A stretch of DNA of 37,785 nt from Synechococcus sp. (GTDB taxonomy: Bacteria > Cyanobacteriota > Cyanobacteriia > Thermostichales > PCC-7336). Positions 17,846 to 26,618 of this stretch are shown piece by piece (position 1 is the first letter of the stretch; the number at the start of each line of letters is the position of its first letter). The stretch is taken from assembly GCA_051439425.1 (NCBI GenBank), contig JBFRWD010000175.1:1-37785 (forward strand), written 5' to 3'. The notes beneath the pieces were generated by a model that searched no databases, was not told the DNA's origin, and saw only the letters and a list, made by a program, of their open reading frames with translations. The position numbers and the translations under genes are program-made.

Positions 17846-17892
17846 AGCGCCTCCTAAGAGCTAGGCCGTAGGTTCGAAACCCGCCAGCCCCA
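17846..17892 (+). pseudogene. 3' half of a tRNA-Arg(CCT), degenerate; probable att scar
   Basis: Anticodon arm AGCGC-CTCCTAA-GAGCT, variable loop AGGCC, T arm GTAGG-TTCGAAA-CCCGC, acceptor 3' strand CAGCCCC-A. No D arm or 5' acceptor strand upstream; one mismatch in each stem. Confidence 0.75.
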
Positions 17893-17958
17893 CTTCATCT
17901 CTTTGCTCTGCCCAGTTGCAATCTCGGTCGGCGTATCACGTTGATGACATTGGTTTGT

Positions 17959-18297
17959 TCAGGAACGACTATTTAATAAAAAGACTCCGGATGCAATCAG
18001 ACCGAGCGAGATAATCTGACGAATGCCAAATGCCTCCTTCAAGATGAGGTGCGCCAGCAGAGAGACCAATACGTAACTCAATGAGACGCTAGGAAAAGCC
18101 ACGGACAGCGGCAACTTCTTAAGCGCATAGGTATACATTAAGGCGGAAACAAAATAGATCGCAAATCCGACAATCACTCGCGGTTCCAAGAAAAAGAACC
18201 GTACAGCATCGGATTTGAGGGCACCTATCTTTAAGCAAATTTGGCCGATCGCTCCCAAACTAATGGAGATTGCCAGGAGTATGTAGGACAAGCGCAC
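17959..18297 (-). CDS. SMR/EamA (DMT) family transporter, ArnE/ArnF-like
   Basis: 112 aa with four TM helices; motifs GQICLKIG and LPLSVAFPSVSLSYV...LKE. Confidence 0.8.
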   Translation of the reverse strand: MRLSYILLAISISLGAIGQICLKIGALKSDAVRFFFLEPRVIVGFAIYFVSALMYTYALKKLPLSVAFPSVSLSYVLVSLLAHLILKEAFGIRQIISLGLIASGVFLLNSRS

Positions 18298-18459
18298 CGA
18301 AAAACCTCTTCTTTACCCAAACTCCAGCCACACTAGCGTAAAAGGGAGCCGCGCGATGCTCCCCACATCATCCTGAAGTCAGTCGAAGTCCGCATCGCAG
18401 CTACCAGACAGCAACCTCGACCCAGTTGGCTTCATGAGTATCGTGTGCGGCCAGGCAGG

Positions 18460-19614
18460 CTAGCCGGAGACCAGTTCAAGCGGAAACTCTCCAGTGACAA
18501 CAGCAACGGTGCGTTCCGAGCCATTTCGCTGCACTGTAATCTGCAATTCATCTCCGACAGCAGCAAACTCCACATACTGCTGCAGTCGATCCGAGCTAGT
18601 TATTTCCTCACCATCGATCCTTAGAATGACATCACCAGCTCTTAAACCACCAGCTGCTGCTGGGCCATCTGTAGCTACCGACTGAATCAGAACCCCACGA
18701 TCGGCTGCCACACTAAAGTTTGAGTTCGGATCGTCGTTAATGCGATCGCGGAGTTCGGGGGTCAGCGTGCTCATTTGAATACCGAGGTATGCTCGACTGA
18801 CCCGCCCAGTTGCCACCAATTGATTCGCAATACGCTGAGCCGTACGGATGGGGACCGCAAAACCAATCCCATTGGCTCCACGGATAATTGCGGTATTAAT
18901 AGCTATCACTTCCCCTCGTTCGTTCAGCAGCGGTCCTCCAGAGTTCCCGGGATTAATGGCCGCATCCGTTTGAATAAATTGCGCCCGTTGCATGGGAATG
19001 CCAACGTCTGCCGCCGACCGACCGACAGCACTAATGATGCCGACGGTAACCGTGCTATCCAGACCGAGGGGATTACCGATGGCGATCGCCCATTCACCAG
19101 GAATCAACAGACGAGAATCGCCAATATCAACAACAGGCAACTCATCAGCGTTAATGTCTACCACTGCCACATCTGTCAGCGGATCGGCACCGATCACTTT
19201 GCCTTCAAACCTGCGCCCATCTTTGAGGACCACTTCTACCCGATCGGCCCCTTCCACAACATGTGCGTTCGTGAAAATCAACCCGTCTTCCGTCACGATA
19301 AACCCCGAACCTTCGCCTCGCTGCTCAAAGCCGCGACGATCGCTGAACGGAGAACTTTGCGCCACTGTCCGGGAAGAATTAATCCTCACAACCGCAGGGC
19401 CCACCCGTTCCACAGCGTCAGCCACAAAGTCGGGATCGGAGATCGGTGCAGCTTGCGCCACAAGGGTTGCGTGAGGGGATGCGAACAGTTTCAAACTGTT
19501 CGCCTGAGCTCGTGCTGCAGTGGCTAGGCCAAACTGGGTTACGAAACAAATCAAACACAGACTCACCGTTCGTCGAAACGCCCGGCGGAGAGAGCGCCGT
19601 GAAAAGTAGGACAT
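18460..19614 (-). CDS. HtrA/DegP family serine protease (HhoA/HhoB-like) with one PDZ domain
   Basis: Catalytic triad motifs TNAHVV, DVAVV and GNSGGPL; GSGFI and QTDAAINPG; C-terminal PDZ; Arg-rich N-terminal export signal. Confidence 0.93.
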   Translation of the reverse strand: MSYFSRRSLRRAFRRTVSLCLICFVTQFGLATAARAQANSLKLFASPHATLVAQAAPISDPDFVADAVERVGPAVVRINSSRTVAQSSPFSDRRGFEQRGEGSGFIVTEDGLIFTNAHVVEGADRVEVVLKDGRRFEGKVIGADPLTDVAVVDINADELPVVDIGDSRLLIPGEWAIAIGNPLGLDSTVTVGIISAVGRSAADVGIPMQRAQFIQTDAAINPGNSGGPLLNERGEVIAINTAIIRGANGIGFAVPIRTAQRIANQLVATGRVSRAYLGIQMSTLTPELRDRINDDPNSNFSVAADRGVLIQSVATDGPAAAGGLRAGDVILRIDGEEITSSDRLQQYVEFAAVGDELQITVQRNGSERTVAVVTGEFPLELVSG

Positions 19615-20318
19615 GGAGACTATTCAGAGTGAAGCATTGCTCCTATTATGCCGCTCTACTCAGGTGGAGATGGCTAAGAGAGGGCTGGCGGAACAACCCA
19701 TACGACTTAGAACACACACACGCCACGCAATATCGTAGGTTCGATTGCAGTCGAGCGAGCACTATGCAAGCGCGTCTCTGGCAGTGCAAACATAGCGGGA
19801 AATCGCCGTTTCTCAGACGATTAGACTGCCTGTTGAGCAAACTGAACCATTCATTAGTTGTAGTGCGGAGTGGTGGGGCGATGCACAAATGATTCAGAGG
19901 CTGACTCGCTGGAATCAGGGGCAAGGGGATGGAGGGCCATCATGCTGGTGACAAACAGAGTTAGAGCGGCTAAGGCTAGGAAGTTCTTACTAATCGCCAT
20001 CTCGCAATCTCCATAACATCGAGATCGGTCACAGTACCCGATAACTGTATCAAGTACTTCTATTTAACGGACGCCAGATGAATCTCATCCCAACCACAGG
20101 CTGAATCTTGCTGAGAGAGGCTTACACGACTTCTCATGCTCCACTTATACAAATCTCAGGTAGTGAGAAATCGTTCGAACGAGACCAACAACAGGCACCC
20201 AATCCAGAAATCTCATCATTGCTGTGTTCACAGTGTTGTCCTAAGTCCAAAGCTTGCTTCTGCAGCCAAACCCAGATAAATCGGGTACAACACATTGCGT
20301 GCAGACTGGGTAGCAGGC

Positions 20319-21002
20319 ATGAACGTTCTGATCGTTGACACCGAAACAACAGGGCTTGACCCTCAGCGCGATCGCGTCATCGAGCTGGGAGCAATTCTCT
20401 ATTCAATCGACCACCACAGTACCCTCCACCAACTATCAGTTCTGCTACCCACCGAGCACAACCCTCAGGAAAAGCTGAACGGTATCTCTGCCGCCGCATC
20501 TCAAGCCGTTTCAGATCCACTACTAGACCAGTCCTTGGCCATTTTTAAGCAAATGGTGGCCGAAGCCGACTACGCGATCGCTCATAACGCCGACTTCGAT
20601 CGCCAGTGGTTTGACGACCATCACCTGCCCAAGCTCGTCAAAGATGGCCAACCCATGCCCTGGCTGTGCACCATGTCTGATTTTCGCTGGCCACTGGCCG
20701 CAAAACAGGGGGGATCGCTGGTGAGTTTGGCCCTAGATTACGGGATTGGAGTCAACGCTGCCCACCGAGCACTGACAGACTGTCAGCTCATCGCCATGTT
20801 GTTCGATCGCGTCACCGATTTATCCTCTCGGGTTGCGCTGGCCAGCCAACCTAAATATATGTACCGCGCGCATGTGAGCTACAACGATCGCAGCTTGGCG
20901 AAAGAAGCAGGATTTCGATGGAATTCTAAAGCTAAAATCTGGAGCCGAAAACTCGGTGAGCAAGAAGTCGAAACGTTGCCCTTTGCAGTATCGAAACTGT
21001 AA
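20319..21002 (+). CDS. DEDDh 3'-5' exonuclease (DnaQ-like) with a C-terminal DUF5710-like module
   Basis: Motifs IVDTETTG, AHNADFD and AHRALTDC; C-terminus VSYNDRSLAKEAGFRWN...W. Start placed at the ATG at 20319. Confidence 0.88.
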   Translation: MNVLIVDTETTGLDPQRDRVIELGAILYSIDHHSTLHQLSVLLPTEHNPQEKLNGISAAASQAVSDPLLDQSLAIFKQMVAEADYAIAHNADFDRQWFDDHHLPKLVKDGQPMPWLCTMSDFRWPLAAKQGGSLVSLALDYGIGVNAAHRALTDCQLIAMLFDRVTDLSSRVALASQPKYMYRAHVSYNDRSLAKEAGFRWNSKAKIWSRKLGEQEVETLPFAVSKL

Positions 21003-21025
21003 TTCCATTTCGTCTGTACTGGCGC

Positions 21026-21126
21026 TTTGTCAGGCTTGCTATGAGGGGTGTTATGTAACCACCCTGCATTGCAGCAAGACCGAGAGGAAGCAATCGCCCA
21101 TCGCTGCTACATTGACATATTTCTGG
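21026..21126 (+). repeat. Dispersed structured repeat, copy B (more diverged)
   Basis: The first 16 nt (TTTGTCAGGCTTGCTA) are identical to copy A; CATTGCAGC and CCCATC blocks follow in the same order. Confidence 0.7.
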
Positions 21127-21174
21127 CTCGAATGAGCCCTACCTTGACCGCAGTAATTGCCCGACCTATTGGTC

Positions 21175-22647
21175 ATGTTAGAACTCACAAAATCTCGCTA
21201 CTTGAGTTGGTTGCAATGTCCTAAACGATTATGGATTGAATGTAACGATCCGGGAATTCAACCCAAGTTATCTCTGTCTCAACAACGGATTATCCAGCAA
21301 GGGATTGATGTCGGTAAACTGGCTTGGAAAGACTTTCCAGATGGGCTTGAAATCACTAGCCGAGATCGTCAGCAGGCAATAGCCGATACGCAAACCGCCA
21401 TCGATTCCGGCATCCCAACTATTTTTGAAGCATCATTTGCCTGGAACCATCTCTACATCAAATGCGATATTCTCCACCGCACCCGCGACAACGGATGGGA
21501 GTTGATTGAAGTTAAATCCGCCACAAAGCAAAAACCAGAGTATTTCGACGATCTAGCCATTCAACACTACGTCTTGCAGCAACTAGGGCTGCAGGTCTAT
21601 CGCATCAGTCTGCAAACTATCAACAGCAAAACCTGCACGTTTCCCGATCTCTCGAACTTTTTTACCCGCTGCGATGTCACGGATGAGATTGAAGAACTGA
21701 CGACCACCCTTGCTACCAACTCCCAAGCAGCATCTAGTGTGATGCAACAGGAGAGCTGTCCCGACACAGATATTGGCGATCGCTGCCACAAGCCAAACCC
21801 ATGCCCGTTTCAATCCCACTGCTGGCAACACGTTCCCCAACCATCGATCTTTTCCATTCCTCGTCTCAACGCAAAGAAGAAAGCCGAATTGTACGGGCAA
21901 GGCATCCTTCAGTTAAGTGACGTGCCGGACGACTACCCTCTATCCGAGAAGCAAAGAGAGTATGTCACTGTGAGCAACGAACGAGCGATCCGCATCGATC
22001 TCGACGGTATTGCAGCCTTGCTCACAGAGCTGGAGTATCCGATTCATTTCCTGGATTTCGAAACCATCAATCCGGCTATTCCGTACTTTGAGGGACTCAA
22101 ACCCTACGAACAATATCCCTTTCAATACAGCTGCCATATCTTGCATGCCAATGGCACTGTCGAACACGTCGAGTTTCTGCACACCAGTACCACCGATCCG
22201 CGCCAACCACTCGCACAATCGCTCGCCGATTGCTTGCATCCGCACGGAGCCATAGTGGCCTACAGCGCATCGTTTGAGAAAGGGGTCATGCAAAAGTTAG
22301 CGGCCACCGTTCCAGAAGTTTCAGCGCCGTTGGAGTCGGCGATCGCACGACTGTGGGATCAGCTCGATATCTTTAGGAACCACTACCAACACCCCGATTT
22401 TCAAGGCTCGAACTCTATCAAGCGCGTCTTTCCCGTACTGTGCCCCGACCGACCTAGCTACGACAGCCTCGCCGTCCGGAAGGGAGATGATGCTCAAGCC
22501 TATTGGCTGCAGACCATCGGCTTACCAGATTCTGCTGAAAAAACGCGCATGGCCCAGGAATTGAAAGACTACTGTCGGCTGGATACACAAGCCATGGTGG
22601 ATATTCACTTTGTGCTGCAAGAGTTAGTCAAACCGACTAATCACTAG
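21175..22647 (+). CDS. DUF2779-type protein: Cas4/RecB-like PD-(D/E)xK nuclease with Fe-S cysteines plus a C-terminal RNase H/DEDD-like domain
   Basis: Cysteines in LTKSRY...QCPKRLW and CHKPNPCPFQSHCW; nuclease motifs EASF...KCDIL...LIEVKS and DLAIQHYV; second domain motifs FLDFET, PFQYSCH, YSASFEK, GSNSIK and YCRLDT. Confidence 0.8.
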   Translation: MLELTKSRYLSWLQCPKRLWIECNDPGIQPKLSLSQQRIIQQGIDVGKLAWKDFPDGLEITSRDRQQAIADTQTAIDSGIPTIFEASFAWNHLYIKCDILHRTRDNGWELIEVKSATKQKPEYFDDLAIQHYVLQQLGLQVYRISLQTINSKTCTFPDLSNFFTRCDVTDEIEELTTTLATNSQAASSVMQQESCPDTDIGDRCHKPNPCPFQSHCWQHVPQPSIFSIPRLNAKKKAELYGQGILQLSDVPDDYPLSEKQREYVTVSNERAIRIDLDGIAALLTELEYPIHFLDFETINPAIPYFEGLKPYEQYPFQYSCHILHANGTVEHVEFLHTSTTDPRQPLAQSLADCLHPHGAIVAYSASFEKGVMQKLAATVPEVSAPLESAIARLWDQLDIFRNHYQHPDFQGSNSIKRVFPVLCPDRPSYDSLAVRKGDDAQAYWLQTIGLPDSAEKTRMAQELKDYCRLDTQAMVDIHFVLQELVKPTNH

Positions 22648-22966
22648 CCCTCAGCTGCTAAGCCCTCACCCACTGCCAAATCGAGTGCCTCGTTAATCGA
22701 TCTTGATTTGAGTGCTTGATACTCGCATAACCTCGCCTATGTCTGCAATATAGCGATCGGCAATCCGCTATGAAGACTTCCCTGACTACTTTTCCTGGAA
22801 AAAAGCAATTTCGCAGTATTAACCCTCCAGACCTTACAGCAGATTGCTATACAACTGGCGACTCAAGTAGGATGCAGCCCTCCTCCCAAGGGGAACAGTA
22901 GTAATGCCCCTAATGGCACTAGACTAAGTGCAGATTCAATTGGAACGCGAAAGTTGAGGCATACCA

Positions 22967-24358
22967 TTGTCCGACACTCGTCCTTTAATTCCCACCGTGG
23001 AAGAACGCGCGGAGCTGCGGCACTTGGTACGCCAGCAGTTGGAGCGGCTGTTGGAAGACGGAAATTTACAGGGAGCTAAGTCACTACTGGTTCCCGTCCT
23101 GCCTGCCGATATTGCCGAAGCCATTGAAGGATTACCGGAAGCGAAACAGGCGATCGCCTTCAGGCTACTATCAAAAGATGAGGCGATCGAAGTCTACGAA
23201 CAACTGGATTCCAGCGTGCAGCAAACGCTGATTGAAGAATTTAAGCGCCAGGAAGTTTTAGACATCGTCGATAAGATGTCGCCGGACGATCGGGCACGAC
23301 TGTTTGACGAGTTGCCCGCCAAAGTGATCGCCAGAATTGTGGGCCAACTCAGCCCCACCGAGCGCAAGGCAACAGCCCTTCTGTTGGGATACGAGCAAAA
23401 TACTGCCGGGCGTATTATGACGCCCGAATACATCTCCCTCAAAGAGAGCTTTACGGTTACGCAGGCAATCGATCGTATTCGCAGTCTCGCTGACGAAACT
23501 GAGACGGTTTACTACCTCTATGTCACCGATGCCGCTCGCCGCCTCACCGGTATCCTGTCCCTGCGAGATTTAGTCACGGCCTATCCCAACCAGACTATCG
23601 GCGAAATCATGACTCGCGATGTGGTGTCCGTGAATACGGATACTGACCAAGAGGAAGTGGCCCGGATTATTCAGCGTTACGATTTCATTGCAGCCCCCGT
23701 TGTTGATGCAGAACACCGCTTGGTGGGGATCATCACAGTCGATGACATCATCGACATTCTGGAAGAGGAAACCACTGAAGATATCTATAGCTTGGGGGGC
23801 GTACAGTCCGGCCGCGAGGACTACTTTCAAACCAATTTGCTGACGGTGGCTCGCCGCCGAGTGGTGTGGCTGTTTGTCTTGCTGTTCACCAATACCGTTA
23901 CCGGCAGCATCATCAATAGCCAACAAGAATTACTACAGCAGGTGATTGTCCTGGCTTCGTTTATCCCACTACTCACCGGAACGGGAGGCAATGTAGGCGC
24001 TCAATCGTCAACGGTAGTCATTCGTGGTCTGAATACTGCAGAAATCGAAAATCGTGGAGCTGCCACAGTCATCGCGCGCGAGTTTGCGGCTGGTGCGTTG
24101 CTAGGACTCATGCTGGGGCTAGTGGCAATGGGATGGGCATTTGCTTTACAGCAAGATCTCCGCGTAGCGCTATCTGTGGGTATCAGCTTGATCAGCATTT
24201 CTGCCCTGGCATCTGTCGCAGGGTCTGGACTGCCGTTCCTATTCCGCTCGTTTGGCCTCGATCCTGCCTTGATGTCGGCCCCCTTTATCACCACGGTTAC
24301 AGACGTTGTGGGGGTGTTGATTTACTTCGCAATCGCCAAAGCTATCCTGCAAATTTAG
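22967..24358 (+). CDS. mgtE: Magnesium transporter MgtE
   Basis: MgtE N-domain (MSPDDRARLFDELP), CBS pair (TAGRIMT, GIITVDD), and TM domain with GGNVGAQ and DPALMSAPFITT..D. Confidence 0.95.
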   Translation: MSDTRPLIPTVEERAELRHLVRQQLERLLEDGNLQGAKSLLVPVLPADIAEAIEGLPEAKQAIAFRLLSKDEAIEVYEQLDSSVQQTLIEEFKRQEVLDIVDKMSPDDRARLFDELPAKVIARIVGQLSPTERKATALLLGYEQNTAGRIMTPEYISLKESFTVTQAIDRIRSLADETETVYYLYVTDAARRLTGILSLRDLVTAYPNQTIGEIMTRDVVSVNTDTDQEEVARIIQRYDFIAAPVVDAEHRLVGIITVDDIIDILEEETTEDIYSLGGVQSGREDYFQTNLLTVARRRVVWLFVLLFTNTVTGSIINSQQELLQQVIVLASFIPLLTGTGGNVGAQSSTVVIRGLNTAEIENRGAATVIAREFAAGALLGLMLGLVAMGWAFALQQDLRVALSVGISLISISALASVAGSGLPFLFRSFGLDPALMSAPFITTVTDVVGVLIYFAIAKAILQI

Positions 24359-24387
24359 TTTGAGCCTGGAACTCACTTGGTCAAGGA

Positions 24388-24409
24388 CGAGCAGGCTCGG
24401 GCTTGCTTG
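24388..24409. terminator. Hairpin between convergent genes
   Basis: CGAGCAGGC-TCGG-GCTTGCTTG, a 9-bp stem with G-U pairs; no clear U tract. Confidence 0.35.
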
Positions 24410-24447
24410 GGTCACACATTAACTTGAATCAGAGCTCGACCAAAGGA

Positions 24448-25014
24448 CTAACCCGAAATTTGTTGCACTCCAACCCAAATCGTCCAAGCATCTGCAGCTA
24501 GCAGCAGCAGGGTGCAGCCCAACAGTGCAAGATACATCCAGGGTTGAGCCAATGCCCTCGTTGTGGACGTATCAATCCCAGTACGGGTTTGCACGATCTG
24601 CAAGAGTTTACGAAACCCAACAATACGCATCGGCAAGAGGTATGCGCGATCGCGAGCCTGGGTCACGAAGTAGTACACCATGCCTCCTTGTCCCGTTGTC
24701 CGCATGGATAGCTCGTCCACTTCAGACCACGGCAGCGACCATCCTTTGCGCAGCCATCGCACCCAAGCCGGATAGGTAACGGCAATACCGCGATCGCTAG
24801 TTTCCACCCGCTCGCTCAGAATACCGAACAGAACCACCCCACCCAAAATAATTCCTCCCGCGAGGAGCTTGGGGGAAATGACTGAATCAGTCACCTGGGC
24901 CAACACGGGCAATGGAATGGTGAGAGATACAAATAGAGCTAACAGAGTCATCCGAATCAGTGGAGAAATCTGAAACGTCTCGATAGAGGTGCGATCGGGA
25001 GAAGCGTCGGACAT
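24448..25014 (-). CDS. Hypothetical membrane protein
   Basis: 188 aa with three hydrophobic segments; motifs FQISPLIRMTL, RTTGQGGMVYYF and AYLLPMR look conserved. Confidence 0.75.
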   Translation of the reverse strand: MSDASPDRTSIETFQISPLIRMTLLALFVSLTIPLPVLAQVTDSVISPKLLAGGIILGGVVLFGILSERVETSDRGIAVTYPAWVRWLRKGWSLPWSEVDELSMRTTGQGGMVYYFVTQARDRAYLLPMRIVGFRKLLQIVQTRTGIDTSTTRALAQPWMYLALLGCTLLLLAADAWTIWVGVQQISG

Positions 25015-25038
25015 GGCGATCGATGCAAATCGGAAGTG

Positions 25039-25144
25039 CTAGTACTGTTTCAGCGTAAAAGGTAATGGGGGAATCGTCCGCCACCAGGCTTGCTACAACA
25101 CGTGCGCTGTGTGATGACATCCCCTAATAACAAGCCTGATAAAC
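25039..25144 (-). repeat. Dispersed structured repeat, copy C
   Basis: The reverse complement GTTTATCAGGCTTGTTATTAGGGGATGTCATCACACAGC...TTGTAGCAAGCCTGGTGGCGGACGATTCCCCCATTAC...CGCTGAAACAGTACTAG is collinear with copy A over its whole length. Confidence 0.85.
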
Positions 25145-25181
25145 CCTTGAGTCGATTGTCGGGATCGGATCGGCACCGATA

Positions 25182-26078
25182 CTAAATCAGTTCGGGGGGC
25201 AGGGGAGCTTCAATCTCTATTCTGCGTTGAGAGCGAGGATGGGTAAACCCTAGGCGATGGGCATGTAAGTTATAACCGCAGTCACCAGGAACTGGAGTGG
25301 TCTCAACAGAGTCACCCAAACGGACGGAACCACCCGTGACATACAGAGGATCGCCCAAAAGCGGGTATCCAATCGAGGCTAGATGAATCCGTATTTGGTG
25401 GGGGCGTCCGGTCAGAATATCCACCTCTAGCAGAGTGCTGTCATGCGATCGCCGCAGCACGGTGCAGTCGCTGCGCGCATCTTTGCCACGTTCGCTGGCG
25501 GCAAACACCGTTCCCAAGTAAGGATGCGGCACGGGACCGATGGGCGTGTTAATCGAGAACCAGTCTGGCAAATCTGCACGCCCAATCAGAGTCCTGTAGA
25601 TTTTGCGCATGCTGCGATCGCGCATCTGCTGGCTCAAATCAGATTTTGCCTGGGGAGAACGAGCGGACAGAACAATCCCCGATGTTCCGCGTCCCAGACG
25701 ATGAATAGGAATCGGCGTCCGGTCGGGATAGCAAAGCTGTAGTTGATGGAGCAGCGTGTGTTCTAAAAAGCCGCCACCGGGCATAACAGGCAAGCCGTTG
25801 GGTTTATTGACAGCTACAACATCGTCACCTTCGTATAAAACGGAGAAGGCAAGAGGAACAGATGGTTCCTCCCACGGAGGGCGGTGGTAGGCTAGGCGAT
25901 CGCCGGCTTGTAGACCTGTATCTGGAGCAACGGAGCGATCGTTAACCTGAACTTGGCCAGCCAGAATACGTTCTCGCCAGTCTTCCTCAGATGAATGAAG
26001 GTAGCGCTGCACGTAATACTGCAGAACTGTTTGACCGCTCCGCGATACTTGCTCCCGATAGATCCAGCCCCGATTCAT
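25182..26078 (-). CDS. RluA/RluD family RNA pseudouridine synthase with S4-like N-terminus
   Basis: Motifs VNKPNGLPV, HRLGRGTSG, TGRPHQIRIH, PLLGDPLY and LHAHRLGF. Motif II reads HRLG rather than HRLD. Confidence 0.88.
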   Translation of the reverse strand: MNRGWIYREQVSRSGQTVLQYYVQRYLHSSEEDWRERILAGQVQVNDRSVAPDTGLQAGDRLAYHRPPWEEPSVPLAFSVLYEGDDVVAVNKPNGLPVMPGGGFLEHTLLHQLQLCYPDRTPIPIHRLGRGTSGIVLSARSPQAKSDLSQQMRDRSMRKIYRTLIGRADLPDWFSINTPIGPVPHPYLGTVFAASERGKDARSDCTVLRRSHDSTLLEVDILTGRPHQIRIHLASIGYPLLGDPLYVTGGSVRLGDSVETTPVPGDCGYNLHAHRLGFTHPRSQRRIEIEAPLPPELI

Positions 26079-26618
26079 CACACCATTTTAAAATCACGAG
26101 CATATGCTCGTACCGATACATCTGTCAGTCAATCTCTACAATCGATTCCCATCCAAGAAACTGCCCCTAGTGATGGAATTTTTGTCATAGCAGGAAGCCT
26201 TTTAGGCTAATCGGCGAATAGCCGAAGTTGACACGCACGTATCAAAATACTGTTCTGCACAGTTATATCGACGATGGTGACTCTACCCAGCCCATAGTAT
26301 TCAGAGCTTAGCTGTAAATACAGCAAGCTCTGCTCGGATCGCAACTCATGCTTCGGGTGCCAATCTCAGTCGATCGATGCATGCAGTATTTGAATTTGAG
26401 GGCCACCCTCGGAATTCGCTCAACTATTGACTGGGAATCGAGCAGCAATACACCAAGCTAATCCTGCGCTATTCGCCAGTTCTCCGTATAATGAAAAAGA
26501 GATTAAGTTTTGTGTACGCACGTATCTTGTTCGTCATGTTGCTGTTGACGAGTGCCTACCCAGCCCAACGAACAGCACCTTTCATGACCCTTCATTCATC
26601 GTCGCCAGAGACCCAGTA

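Noticed and set aside
17820..17895. Intact tRNA gene
   Set aside because: There is no 5' acceptor strand complementary to CAGCCCC and no D arm, and both remaining stems carry mismatches. Kept only as an att-like remnant.
18775..19527. Long antisense ORFs (250 aa and 160 aa opposite htrA; similar ones opposite the kinase and TPR genes)
   Set aside because: Shadow frames of well-supported genes, with no domain signatures.
22648..22966. M-box (Mg2+) riboswitch upstream of mgtE
   Set aside because: No recognisable M-box conserved segments or terminator by eye; an Rfam cmscan would be needed.
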